Part shown: positions 10,976 to 22,022 of the stretch, in pieces
How positions within the stretch are numbered: position 1 is the first letter of the stretch
Layout: each line of letters starts with the position of its first letter
NCBI RefSeq assembly: GCF_964204645.1
Contig: NC_134028.1
Coordinates: forward strand, 22,006,345-22,070,344
Direction of reading: 5' to 3'
DNA: 64,000 nucleotides
From: Tubulanus polymorphus
Lineage: Eukaryota; Animalia; Nemertea
Made by a program: the position numbers and the translations under genes
The notes under the pieces: generated by a model
Told to the model about the DNA's origin: nothing
The model's database searches: none
The model's input: the letters and a program-made list of their open reading frames with translations, nothing else

Positions 10976-13264
10976 CTATTTAACATTATTTTCATCGTAA
11001 CTACAAGTCGCATTCTCTGAATTGATCAACGACTGCTTTTGGGACAGCTCTATGGCCCGTCGACTGCTATCAGACGCCGGTTTCGCCGTCAAGTTTGAGT
11101 TATCTCTTTTTAAACTCGACGACGAAGGAACTCGCGTGGATCTGGTTGTCGAAACCTTCGAGCGCAAGCTAACCGATTTAGTCAATTGTTCGCGCAATAA
11201 TCGGACAACTTTACGACGACAGATGAACGCGATGAATATGAAGACACCTTGTAAACTGTTGAATACAATGAACAGATATTTCAAACCGACATTACGAGTG
11301 ACAATCCACAGAAATGCGAAGATCCATGTCCCACCGAGGATAACGGATAGTTTAATGTACAGTAATATGTTTATTTTGTCACTCTTTTTAGCGATACTCG
11401 CTGCTTTTGATGCCTTACATATTCCATACACGGTTAACGTGTACATTACCATATTAGCCGCAACTAAAACGCTTACGGGTAAAATGAAAAGTACGCCCAA
11501 AGCCGGTCCGTTATTAAACCAACAGATACGGGTTCCATAGTCCGGGTTGTAGGGGCTCGTATGGGTAGAAAAAATCTCCAGCGATGCCGATATGAGTAAA
11601 ATCACTAATGGTGAAATCCACGCGTAAATACAGAATTTCGTGAACCGCCATTTCTGTTCACTGGGCTGACCGCTTCTCATCATTCGACCAGAGAAGGTCA
11701 AGGTCAGATCGAATGCGATGGCGTTCATCCAAAAGAACATGGCGAGAAAGAAAACGTGTGTGAACGCGGCAATCAATAAACAGGCGACGTAGTGACCCTC
11801 GGCTACAGGACCTAATAGAATCATTAGTTGACCTAATAATAACGCTAGCGACATACTCATTAATGACTTCCCAGGTAAATTTCTTAATTGCGGAATAAAG
11901 CAATATATTATCAGTAGAACAGCGAGACAAATAACGGAAATACATTGACCGATTGCAGATAGAATCCCGGCCGTTCCATCCGGTGATAAAAGATCGGATG
12001 ATATTCGAAAATGTTTCGAAAATTCGTCATATTCAACGCAGATATTTACGGAACCGTTATTTCCGAATTTGAACGAGTCGCTCGTGAAAGTCCGGTTTAA
12101 CGCTTTCGCGAAAATAATTCCGTCCGAGCTTAAAAAGTATTCATCCGGGGAGTATTGAACTATAATACAACTTTCATTCATAGAACTGTTAGAGTTTTTA
12201 TCAGTAGCGACCACGCATCTACCTCGAATAAACTCGAATCCATCACCGCACCAAACCGAACGGCATTTTTTAGCCACGAAGTCATAAATTTCTCCCACTT
12301 TGCATTGAATCTTTATCAAATCTTTGTTTTCCACGTTGACAGTTCCGAGTTCAAGGTCGAATAGCATTGTTAACGATTGTCTATATACAGCTACCGATAC
12401 ATGAGAGTCTCCGAAATCGTCTGTGTTCTGACGACAGTGCAAGTGTGACGTCTGTTCACCACGACAGAGACCACACAATTTGTTTTTGTAGCGGATCATT
12501 GTTTTAGAACTTATAACAATGTCAACTGGATTTCTGGTACAATTTTTCTCGAATGGGCTATCTGGTTCACAAGGCCCCGAGTTCATCTTTTCGTAACAGC
12601 CACGTTCATTGTCACCATTTTTAAAAGGGCTCAGCAATTTTTCCGTGCAGTTTTTCGCAAACAATTTTTCATGTTCCGGTTTTACAGTGGTCGTAACAAA
12701 CGTCGGTTTGACCGTAGTTGCACCATACAGTGTCGGTCGTACATATTCGATTTTATACTGCTTCGGGCATTCTAATCTTAGTTTCCAGTAACTGATTGAC
12801 TCGCCGCCCTCATCCCAACACATACTGCAAAACAGATTTCTATATACCATTCCGGACACTCTACTAGAGACGGGCCAATTCATAAATGCGTCGTCTTTGA
12901 CAGAATTACCCTCACAAAGCGATTTAATTGCAAAGTTGTTGAAACGTTTCGGACACGATCTGATCATGGAGATCTTTCGAACTATCACTGATTCAGTTTC
13001 CAGTGGACATTGCAAGTGCTGCATCATTTCTCGCCTGATACTGGTTCTCAATGACGTCATCGGCCTTTCGTAATCATCGCAACAATCGCCGAATATTTGG
13101 CAGGCGACGTCGCAACGACAAGGTTTAAAGCTGCGACTTCGATTACGTTTGCATGTCGGCTTCGGGCACCGGTCGCGTTCTCGTTTGCTGCCGAAACCAC
13201 CAGCAAAACAGGTGGCCAGAATCAGACAAACCAAGACGACAAATAGTGGAAATGATTTCAGCAT
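10976..13264 (-). CDS. SMB-like ectodomain 7TM GPCR, copy 3
   Basis: 762-aa ORF, signal peptide, SMB-like motif, Thr-rich segment, 7TM nearly identical to copies 2 and 4; acceptor atttcag ending at 13281. Confidence 0.92.
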   Translation of the reverse strand: MLKSFPLFVVLVCLILATCFAGGFGSKRERDRCPKPTCKRNRSRSFKPCRCDVACQIFGDCCDDYERPMTSLRTSIRREMMQHLQCPLETESVIVRKISMIRSCPKRFNNFAIKSLCEGNSVKDDAFMNWPVSSRVSGMVYRNLFCSMCWDEGGESISYWKLRLECPKQYKIEYVRPTLYGATTVKPTFVTTTVKPEHEKLFAKNCTEKLLSPFKNGDNERGCYEKMNSGPCEPDSPFEKNCTRNPVDIVISSKTMIRYKNKLCGLCRGEQTSHLHCRQNTDDFGDSHVSVAVYRQSLTMLFDLELGTVNVENKDLIKIQCKVGEIYDFVAKKCRSVWCGDGFEFIRGRCVVATDKNSNSSMNESCIIVQYSPDEYFLSSDGIIFAKALNRTFTSDSFKFGNNGSVNICVEYDEFSKHFRISSDLLSPDGTAGILSAIGQCISVICLAVLLIIYCFIPQLRNLPGKSLMSMSLALLLGQLMILLGPVAEGHYVACLLIAAFTHVFFLAMFFWMNAIAFDLTLTFSGRMMRSGQPSEQKWRFTKFCIYAWISPLVILLISASLEIFSTHTSPYNPDYGTRICWFNNGPALGVLFILPVSVLVAANMVMYTLTVYGICKASKAASIAKKSDKINILLYIKLSVILGGTWIFAFLWIVTRNVGLKYLFIVFNSLQGVFIFIAFICRRKVVRLLREQLTKSVSLRSKVSTTRSTRVPSSSSLKRDNSNLTAKPASDSSRRAIELSQKQSLINSENATCSYDENNVK

Positions 13265-14099
13265 GTTATCGTCGTTCGTTCTGAAATATAAATCATTGAA
13301 TAATCAATTGTTGTTGTAGCGAAATGTTTCGACAACTAACTTTAAAAAACCTCCTTTTCCACCAATGCGGAAAACACATGATTCGATTGAAACACACAAA
13401 TGTTGGTTTCTCCGAAATAGTTTCAACCTTATTTTTACTCGACGCGATCACTTCATTTTCCCCATCATAGTAGAATATAAAAATGGGCAGCTGTTGCGAA
13501 TTAGGTTCAATCAAGATGTAGGTCGCGATACGAGTATCAAAACACTGAATTACAACTCACGCTAACAAACTTCTGCTATGACATCACCAACGCCGCAGTT
13601 AGCAAAGGACTACTAAAAATTGTGCTTTTTTTAAGGCCAGAACCTCTACCCGTCTATTCAGCAGCGAGGACAATCTAATGAATAAACCTGTGCCCGTGGA
13701 TAACATGCGCGAGTCCTCCCTAGAGAACCCAACATAAACCCGTGGAGAACAGCAGTTCCTCCACGATGCTGAAATTAAGACATAATAACACAAATTACGG
13801 AACTATAAGCGGAATAAGGGTTTTATCCAGACAACGGAGTGCAGTCTACGGCGTGTGCGATACTTGTCGATTGATTCATTGATAATAGAATAAAAGTTTT
13901 CACCGAAGAAAAAAAATCTGTAAAATAAACTAATGTATTTTTACCCATTTTGTCATTTCGACCAAGTGGCCTAATCCATGCGTCTGAAAACTTGGATTCG
14001 ACATCGTGTGTCAGTCTCCGGAGCTCCTTCGTATTTTTTCGTGCGATCCTTACAGAACATAGTAGTATATTAGTATGAATCCTTTTATCAAATACTTAC

Positions 14100-14380
14100 A
14101 ATCAGCCATGAAATGTACTCGCATTACAACCATCAATTTGACATCCATATAAACGATTCACGTAGTATCCCGTTGTCATATAGCAAACCAGGCGATCAGG
14201 CAACGCGAACTAATATCAACTAAACACTGATCCGCGTACGTCTAAACTATGTCAAAACCATTTCCGTCGTCGTCGTCGTAATCATAATCGTTTTATTGAC
14301 GTCAAATCGTTTATTTTGACCTGACATCGATAACAGTTTAGACACAACAACAAAATTCACCCTCCCCTGGAGGAAATGGG
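14100..14380 (-). promoter_or_regulatory. Putative non-coding first exon/promoter of GPCR copy 3
   Basis: Donor GTAAGTA on - at 14099, conserved in copy 4 (18076); perfect CRE TGACGTCA at 14297-14304 in a conserved block. Confidence 0.45.
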
Positions 14381-15120
14381 GGAATACACTTCATTCTAGT
14401 GGTTGAAGCAGTTCTAAAAATGAACTTTATGTCACATCATTACTAAGGGTTTCTTGTGGTCGCTAGGGCCATGAAAACATTTCCTGGCAGTGAGTTTCGC
14501 TAGCATCGTGAACTACCCTGAAACGCGGTCACTTCCAGGCCTGGAGTTTGTCGTGTTTTCGAAATTGACGGTAAAAGTGTATGTTTTCGGTCTAACGAAT
14601 ACGGGATGATATGAAACCAATACAGCAAGTCAACACAGCTTTTTATACGAACGTCCGAGTTTATTTCAATGCAATTTCAAGTGAAAACAATCTTATAGTT
14701 TATTAACTGTTTTATTCTTCTCATTACGTTCAATAGTGAGAATGAGATAAAAGACCTGATTAATGAATATTGTATATTAGTGTAGCTTCTAAGAGTTTCA
14801 AATCTTGAATAAACGTCATTATCTTCAAATATTCACACTGTACATATGTGCATTACATGAATCTAAATTGTCAGTATTTCTGTTCTTTTTAAGTCTGTCC
14901 TTTCTTTTTTTTATAAATTAAGGCTTTCTATAAGCATTATTATTACCATAATTGTATTCTTAGTCGCAACAAAGTTCATGGTCAGAAGTTGAAAGCGTTT
15001 CAGCTCACTTAGATGATAAACAATTTTTCATATTAACATTAATTTGTTTGAATTAAATTCAAACGAGTTTTTGATTACGTGTAGAAACTTCGTTTAATTG
15101 TGTTAAGACACGTTTAGCTA

Positions 15121-17394
15121 TTAAACATTGTTTTCATCGTAACTACAAGTCGTATTTTCTGAATTGATCAACGACTGCTTTTGGGACAGCTCTATGGCCC
15201 GTCGACTGCTATCAGACGCCGGTTTCGCCGTCAAGTTTGAGCTATCTCTTTTTAAACTCGACGATGAAGGAACTCGCGTGGATCTGGTTGTCGAACCCTT
15301 CGACCGCAAGCTAACCGATTTAGTAAATTGTTCGCGCAATAATCGGACAACTTTACGACGACAGATGAACGCGATGAATATGAAGACACCTTGTAAACTG
15401 TTGAATACAATGAACAGATATTTCAAACCGACATTACGAGTGACAATCCACAGAAATGCGAAGATCCATGTCCCACCGAGGATAACAGATAGTTTAATGT
15501 ACAGTAATATGTTTATTTTGTCACTCTTTTTAGCGATACTCGCTGCTTTTGATGCCTTACAAATTCCGTACACAGTTAGCGTGTACATTACCATATTAGC
15601 TGCAACTAAAACGCTGACGGGTAAAATGAAAAGTACGCCTAAAGCCGGTCCGTTATTAAACCAACAGATACGGGTTCCATAGTCCGGGTTGTAGGGGCTC
15701 GTATGGGTAGAAGAAATCTCCAGGGATGCCGATATGAGTAAAATCACCAATGGTGACATCCACGCGTAAATACAGAATTTCGTGAACCGCCATTTCTGTT
15801 CGTTGGGCTGACCGCTTCTCATCATTCGACCAGTGAAGGTCAAGGTCAAATCGAATGCGATGGCGTTCATCCAAAAGAACATGGCGAGAAAGAAAACGTG
15901 TGTGAACGCGGCAATCAATAAACAGGCAACATAGTGACCCTCGGCCACAGGACCTAATAGAATCATTAGTTGACCTAACAATAACGCCAGTGACATACTC
16001 ATTAATGATTTCCCGGGTAAATTTCGTAATTGCGGAATATAGCAATATATTATCAGTAGAACAGCGAGACAAATAACGGAAATACATTGACCGATTGCAG
16101 ACAGAATCCCGGCCGTTCCATCCGGTGATAAAAGATCGGATGATATTCGAAAATATTTCGAAAATTCGTCATGTTTAACGCAGATATTTACGGAACCGTT
16201 ATTTCCGAATTTGAACAAGTCGCTCGTGAAAGTCCGGTTTAACGCTTTCGCGAAAATAATTCCGTCCGATCTTAAAAGGTATTCATCCGGGGAGTATTGA
16301 ACTATAATACAACTTTCATTCATAGAACTGTTAGAGTTTTTATCAGTAGCGACCACGCATCTACCTCGAATAAACTCGAATCCATCACCGCACCAAACCG
16401 AACGGCATTTTTGAGACACGAAATCATAGATTTCTCCAGCTTTGCATTGAATCTTTATCGAATCTTTGCGGTCCTCTTTTACAGTTCCGAGTTCAAGGTC
16501 GAATAGCATTGTTAACGATTGCTCTGATCCAGGACTCGGGTGATCGGGTGGATCTTCGTACTGACATTGTAAATCTGACACCTGTTCACCGCGACAAAGT
16601 GCACAAAATTTGTTTTTGTACCACATCTTTGTTTTACGACTTGTGACAATATCAACTGGATTTCTGGTACAATTGTTCTCGTATTGGCTACCCAGTTCGC
16701 AAGGCTTCGAATCCAACTTTTCGTAACAGTCTCGTTCATTGTCACCATTTTTAAAAGGGCTCAGCAATTTTTTCCCGCAGTTTTTCGCAAACAATTTTTC
16801 ATGTTCCGGTTTTACAGTGATCGTAGCAAACGTCGGTTTGACCGTAGTTGCACCATTCAATTTCGGTCGAACACAATCGCTTTCACTCTGCTTCGGGCAT
16901 TCTAATTTAAGATTCCAGTAACTGATTGATTCGCCACCCTCATCCCAACACATGCTGCAAAACAGATTCCTATAAACCATTCCGGAAACTCTACTAGAGA
17001 CGGGCCAATTCATGAATGCGTCGTCTTTGACAGAATTACCCTCACAAAGCGATTTAATTGCAAAGCTGTTGAAACGTTTCGGACACGATCTGATCATGGA
17101 AATCTTTCCAACTTTCACTGATTTAGTTTCCAGTGGACATTGCAAGTGCCGCCTCATCTCTCGCCTGATATTGACGCTCAATGACGTCATCGGCATTTCG
17201 TAATCATTGCAACAATCACCGAATATTTGGCAGGCGACGTCGCAACGACAAGGTTTAAAGCTGCGACTTCGATTCCGTTTGCATGTCGGCTTCGGGCACC
17301 AGTCGCGTTCTCGTTTGCTGCCGAAACCACCAGCAAAACAGGTGGCCAAAATCAGGCAAACCAAGACGACAAATAGTGGAATTGACTTCAGCAT
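15121..17394 (-). CDS. SMB-like ectodomain 7TM GPCR, copy 4
   Basis: 757 aa from ATG at 17394 (MLKSIPLF, aligns with the copy-3 start); the 11 extra codons in the ORF track run through a splice acceptor at 17410-17412. Confidence 0.92.
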   Translation of the reverse strand: MLKSIPLFVVLVCLILATCFAGGFGSKRERDWCPKPTCKRNRSRSFKPCRCDVACQIFGDCCNDYEMPMTSLSVNIRREMRRHLQCPLETKSVKVGKISMIRSCPKRFNSFAIKSLCEGNSVKDDAFMNWPVSSRVSGMVYRNLFCSMCWDEGGESISYWNLKLECPKQSESDCVRPKLNGATTVKPTFATITVKPEHEKLFAKNCGKKLLSPFKNGDNERDCYEKLDSKPCELGSQYENNCTRNPVDIVTSRKTKMWYKNKFCALCRGEQVSDLQCQYEDPPDHPSPGSEQSLTMLFDLELGTVKEDRKDSIKIQCKAGEIYDFVSQKCRSVWCGDGFEFIRGRCVVATDKNSNSSMNESCIIVQYSPDEYLLRSDGIIFAKALNRTFTSDLFKFGNNGSVNICVKHDEFSKYFRISSDLLSPDGTAGILSAIGQCISVICLAVLLIIYCYIPQLRNLPGKSLMSMSLALLLGQLMILLGPVAEGHYVACLLIAAFTHVFFLAMFFWMNAIAFDLTLTFTGRMMRSGQPNEQKWRFTKFCIYAWMSPLVILLISASLEISSTHTSPYNPDYGTRICWFNNGPALGVLFILPVSVLVAANMVMYTLTVYGICKASKAASIAKKSDKINILLYIKLSVILGGTWIFAFLWIVTRNVGLKYLFIVFNSLQGVFIFIAFICRRKVVRLLREQFTKSVSLRSKGSTTRSTRVPSSSSLKRDSSNLTAKPASDSSRRAIELSQKQSLINSENTTCSYDENNV

Positions 17395-18076
17395 TTTATA
17401 TCGTTCATTCTGAAATATACAAAGCATTGAACAATGAATGGTTGTAGTAACGAAATGTTTCGATGATAAATAACTGAAAAAAAACTTCCTGTTCCGCCAA
17501 TGCAGAAAACATATGATCCGACTGAATACATAAATATTGGTACCAGCGATTCAAACCTATTTTTTACTTGACGCAATAACTACATATCCCCTATCATAGT
17601 GGAATATGAAAATAAGCAGCTGTTATGAATTAGGTTCAATTAAGATGTGGGCCGCGATATGTTTATCAAAACACTGAATTACAACTCATTTTGCTAATTA
17701 ACGAAAAGGACTACTAGCAACCCGTGTGTTTTTTTCAGCCCAGAACCTCTACCCGTCTCTCCAGGGTGAGCATACAATTTGATAAATGAATCTGTGCCCG
17801 TGGATAACAGGGGGTCCTCCCCCCAGAACTTAGTTAAAATAAACCCGTAGATATCAGGTACTCCGCCACGCTTAACTTTGGATATCATATCTAACACAAA
17901 TTGATAGCGTAGGTTTTTTCCCGACAAGGTAGACAAGTGTTGTGTACGTACGCGTTACTTGTCGATTGATTCATTGGAAATAACGTGACAGTTTTCACCG
18001 AATAAGATAAAATCAGTAAACCAAACTTCATGTATTTTGACTCATTTTGATAGTTTCGACTAAATCATATACTTAC

Positions 18077-18370
18077 GATCAGCCATGAAATGCAATACAT
18101 GTAATCGTATTGCAACCAAGCACATGACATCCATAAAAGATGCACGTTGTATCCCGCATCACACAGCGCAATATAACAAAGCTAGGCGATCGGGCAGCGC
18201 GAATAAAAGTCAACTAAACACTGATCCGCGTCTAAACTGTGTCAAAACTATTTCCGTCGTTGTCGTCATCATAATCGTTTTATTGACGTCAAATCGTTTA
18301 TTTTGACCTGACATCGATAACAGATTAGACACAATAACAAAATTCACCCTCCCCAGGAGGAAATGCGGGA
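18077..18370 (-). promoter_or_regulatory. Putative non-coding first exon/promoter of GPCR copy 4
   Basis: Donor GTAAGTA on - at 18076; CRE TGACGTCA at 18284-18291; homologous to 14100-14380. Confidence 0.45.
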
Positions 18371-18722
18371 CACTCATGTGATTAAAGATATTGTTCATAC
18401 AAGTTGTCGTAATAAATGAAGCTGAACGGAAGATGTGATATAGTACATACTATAAGTATAGCGATACTCTTAGGGACAAAATGCGATGATGATATTTGAT
18501 TTCACATGAAACTGGATTAACGAATAACAGTATAAGAGGCAATGCCTCGAGTTGACGCAACAGTTAACCCTTACACGTGAATACAGTTATATAACATGAC
18601 CGACATTGAAATCTGAATGATATTGGTAGATCTTTAAGAATTGAAATATTTTGGTTACCGTAGAAATGTGAAGTAGTATTTCGGGCTTCGTTCATTTACT
18701 ATGCCATTACCCGTCTCTTTTT

Positions 18723-18960
18723 TATAATAATAATAATAATAATATGTGTCTTATATAGCGCTAAATCCAGCCCGGCTGCTCAGAGCGCTTTACATTTTTC
18801 GATATTATTACCCCGGCCAATTTTATACTCTAACATGTATCAGTCATCTCTCCCTCGGGAGAAGTAACACCGAGCTGCTAACAAACCCTCAGGAGTCATC
18901 TATCAGGCCAGGTACCCATTTACTCCTGGGTGGAGAGAGACAATGAGGATAAGTGTCTTG
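18723..18960 (-). mobile_element. 5'-truncated SINE (conserved central domain, LINE2-like tail)
   Basis: On -: caagacacttatcctcattgtctctctccacccaggagtaaatgggtacctgg ... tgtaaagcgctctgag...agcgctatataag then (tat)n tail. Confidence 0.65.
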
Positions 18961-19630
18961 TATGTAACATTGTATTAATTGGTTTGTTTTGTTTCGTTTC
19001 ATATCATGTTTCCTTGATAATAGTGACTCAAGAAGAATTATCTCCTCTCTGATAAAAGGGTATATCGTATCGGTTGCGACCGTATGACAAATTATTCGAT
19101 GAGCAAGGGTGACTGTCCGTCTGTAACAATCGAGGATTCCACTCGTGGCAAGCGAAGATCCAACAAGTGTCGCGTACGTGTATCTGGACATCGACGTCAG
19201 ATTCATTTCATCTCTTTCGACTCAATTAATACCATCCGTTTAAGAAAGATACTTCATAGGTAAAAATCGCGCTGTACACGTGAACCCTACTTGCAGAACC
19301 ACGTGACGATTGAACCAACTATAATTCGAAGGACTGAACATAGTGATATGGATAGCCTGCGAGGCATATATAATATATTGCAAATTAAATGCAACATACA
19401 ATTCATTAAAACTAATTTACCAACTGTCTCAAACATGATTAAATGGGTCAACTATACATAACGAGCGTGATAATCGCAGTCGTTCATATACATACGCGTT
19501 AAATACATGTGAACAGTGCGCGTACGTATAATTTAGGGGTCAATGCGATTACGATTTCTTATCAGAAACAGGTCTGTCTTTCTCTATCACTGGTGCGACG
19601 TGGATTGACGTGATTTTTTTCGCAGCGTAT

Positions 19631-21020
19631 ATGGCTTTTTCGACATTACGGACGTTGTTTCGCAAATACCCGTTAATCAGTAATATGGTAGTATGCAGCT
19701 CGTTGTACGCAGGCGGGGACGTATGCCAGCAGGTGATCCGACGAGTTGACGAGTACGATCTGAAAGGCACGCGTAGTATCGCGATAGTTACATTTTCGGC
19801 GCAAGGACCTCTTTATTACTACTGGTATAAACTACTGGATCGTATGCTCCCGGGTACCGCCATACGGAGCGTCATACCGAAAGTCTTCATCGATCAATTT
19901 CTAATAGCACCGCCTTCGCTGTTCGTCTTCTTTACCGGTAAGTTTTAGATCAAACTGCGGCACCGACGGTCAATATACTAAATCAGAAAACTTATATATA
20001 ATTTCTTAGATAGGGTTCCTGTGACGGGTCGATTTTGGTTTTGAATAATTGTCGAATACAAGTTCAATATTCCATATTCTATATTTTTGAAATTGTTTAG
20101 TAATCAAGCAATCTAAAATAGTGTTTTGATGGTAGCGTTGGTTAATACCACGAGTCCTACCATCTTACTATTATGCAAACGCTGTGACGTTGTCGCAAGA
20201 ATAAGAATAAGAGGTCATCGCAAAATGTTCTTTTTCAAATTGAAATAAAACAGGAACAAGCATTTTGGATGGAAAAGAAGATATCTACAAGGATTTTAAA
20301 GAAAAAGCTATGCCTGCATTTGTAGTAAGTACATGTAGTTAACATTGAATCATCTTTTTGAAATTTAGAATTCGTTTATGATAGAAATCGTGGTAAATCA
20401 TGATCAAAATGAAATGTATTTTTGCAGAGTGGCTGCGTGTTCTGGGGTGTCGCACAATCAGTAAACTTTTTACTGGTTCCTGGTCACATGAGAACTGTCT
20501 ATGTCAGCGCCATGGCATTCGTCTGGAGTAACATTCTCTGTTTCATCAAATCTAATGAGGTAAGAACCCATTCGAATTATTGTTATCTGCTCCCAGGAAC
20601 CCCCTCCTCCCTTACCATCACCACGGGATGCACGATCAAAATTAGAATGGACCTTTCGGATTTTGACCATGCATTCAGGAAAACACCTGAGTCATTAACG
20701 ATCGAAAACGAACTGCTGTACTTAGTAGCATGATATCGATGGTTCAGTCCGTATCCCAGAGCCCAGTCGTGACTTAAGTCCGAAAATGGTCTTAAATCTT
20801 AAGACTAGTCTTGAATTGTTAGATTGGCTATAGAACAAAGTTGAAATTATACTGGTCTTAAGTGTAAGTTGTGACTATGCAACCGGCCCCAGATGTCTTA
20901 GGTTACTAAGCACGTGCATAATTTGTTACGTATGCCCATAAAGTTGACGAGTGTCACGAACTAATAAATGAACTCAAGGATCATTGTGCAATATTTTATC
21001 TTAGTTTTCAATAGAAGTAA
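19631..21020 (+). CDS. MPV17L: Mpv17/PMP22 family protein (MPV17L-like), copy A
   Basis: Exons 19631-19937, 20254-20324, 20428-20559 splice in frame at GT-AG (170 aa: KYPLISN...GDVCQQ, YYWYKLLDRMLPG, KVFIDQ, GTSILDGKEDI, FW..AQSVNFLLVP). Probable tiny last exon AAG-TAA at 21015-21020, or read-through to stop at 20733; AATAAA near 21118. Confidence 0.88.
20759..20890. mobile_element. MITE family A (other copies 44745-44884, 57505-57638, about 30720-30810)
   Basis: TIR gggccggttgca(t/c)agtc; internal ggtcttaa..ttaagac; present in MPV17L copy A only. Confidence 0.7.
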
Positions 21021-22022
21021 GCTTTATCAGTGAAACCGTCTGTTCGCTGGAACTCATTGTAAAAGTGGTATACTTGACGTGTGAACACCATTGAAATATA
21101 TTATTTTATGTCAAATGAATAAATCCGGTTTGTTTTAGTGAAATTGGTTTGTCGTGTGTAGATACCCAATCCGCTGCCTTTAGAGGTCGAAGATAGAAGG
21201 ATCATCTCAGTCACAGAAACGAACTTTAGTCACGTTAACGTTGCTGAGTAAAAAAGTCACCGAATAAAATTTCTCGCCGAATTTTCTTTGTAAATGTTTT
21301 CTCTCTCTCGCTGCAAGCGTCCTATATGCGCTCTAAATTCTAGGAAAATCTGTTTTTATGACGTTGTTAATTATAACTCAAACAATAATTGTTGCCTTGA
21401 TTATAATGACTTAAATATGCTTATTTGCTCTCTGATAAAAGGCTATCGTTGCGGTGACGACCGTGTGACAAATTCTTCGATGCGCAAAATGATGATTCTG
21501 TTCGTCTGCGGCAATCGAGGATTCCTCTTGTGGCGAGTGAGGATTTACCAGGTGGCACAAGTATCGCACTCGTACAACGAATTACGGATTTTTTTGTAAC
21601 CAGATTCAACTAAAAAATCCATTCAGAATTTCTTAAATTCGATAAAATGATACGTAGAAATCGCGCCGCATGAAGCACATGGATATAGAATTGTTGTTTT
21701 CGAATGAATATACATCTGATAATCACTAGCGATGGAAAGCCTGTGACCCGTATAATACATTGCAAATTGAATGCAACATACAATTCATTAAAAGTAATTT
21801 ACCAACTGCCTCACGCGTAAAATGGGTCACATACATAACAAGCGTGACCCGAAATAATCGCAGACGTTAACATATTGCACGTTATATATATTATGTACAT
21901 ATGAACAGCGTGTAAAGTTATTGTGTCGAAATGTAATTTTGTGGTAACGATTTCATATCGGAATCAGGTCTGCCTTCTCTTTCACTGGTGCGACGAGGAT
22001 TGACGTGATTTTCGCAGCGGAT

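Larger units (their letters stand above)
10340..18380. repeat. Recent tandem duplication (about 4.1 kb unit) carrying GPCR copies 3 and 4 with flanks
   Basis: Non-coding blocks recur at about 4.0-4.15 kb offset (e.g. cgctagcatc..gaact..ctgaaac.cggtcacttcca near 10365 and 14498; cgttttattgacgtcaaatcg near 14289 and 18276). Confidence 0.9.

Noticed and set aside
6226-15682. Similar 172-185 aa + strand ORFs repeated three times (6226, 11022, 15164)
   Set aside because: Antisense shadows of the near-identical 7TM coding regions.
17395-17427. 11-aa N-terminal extension of GPCR copy 4
   Set aside because: Crosses a splice acceptor and is absent from the paralogues.
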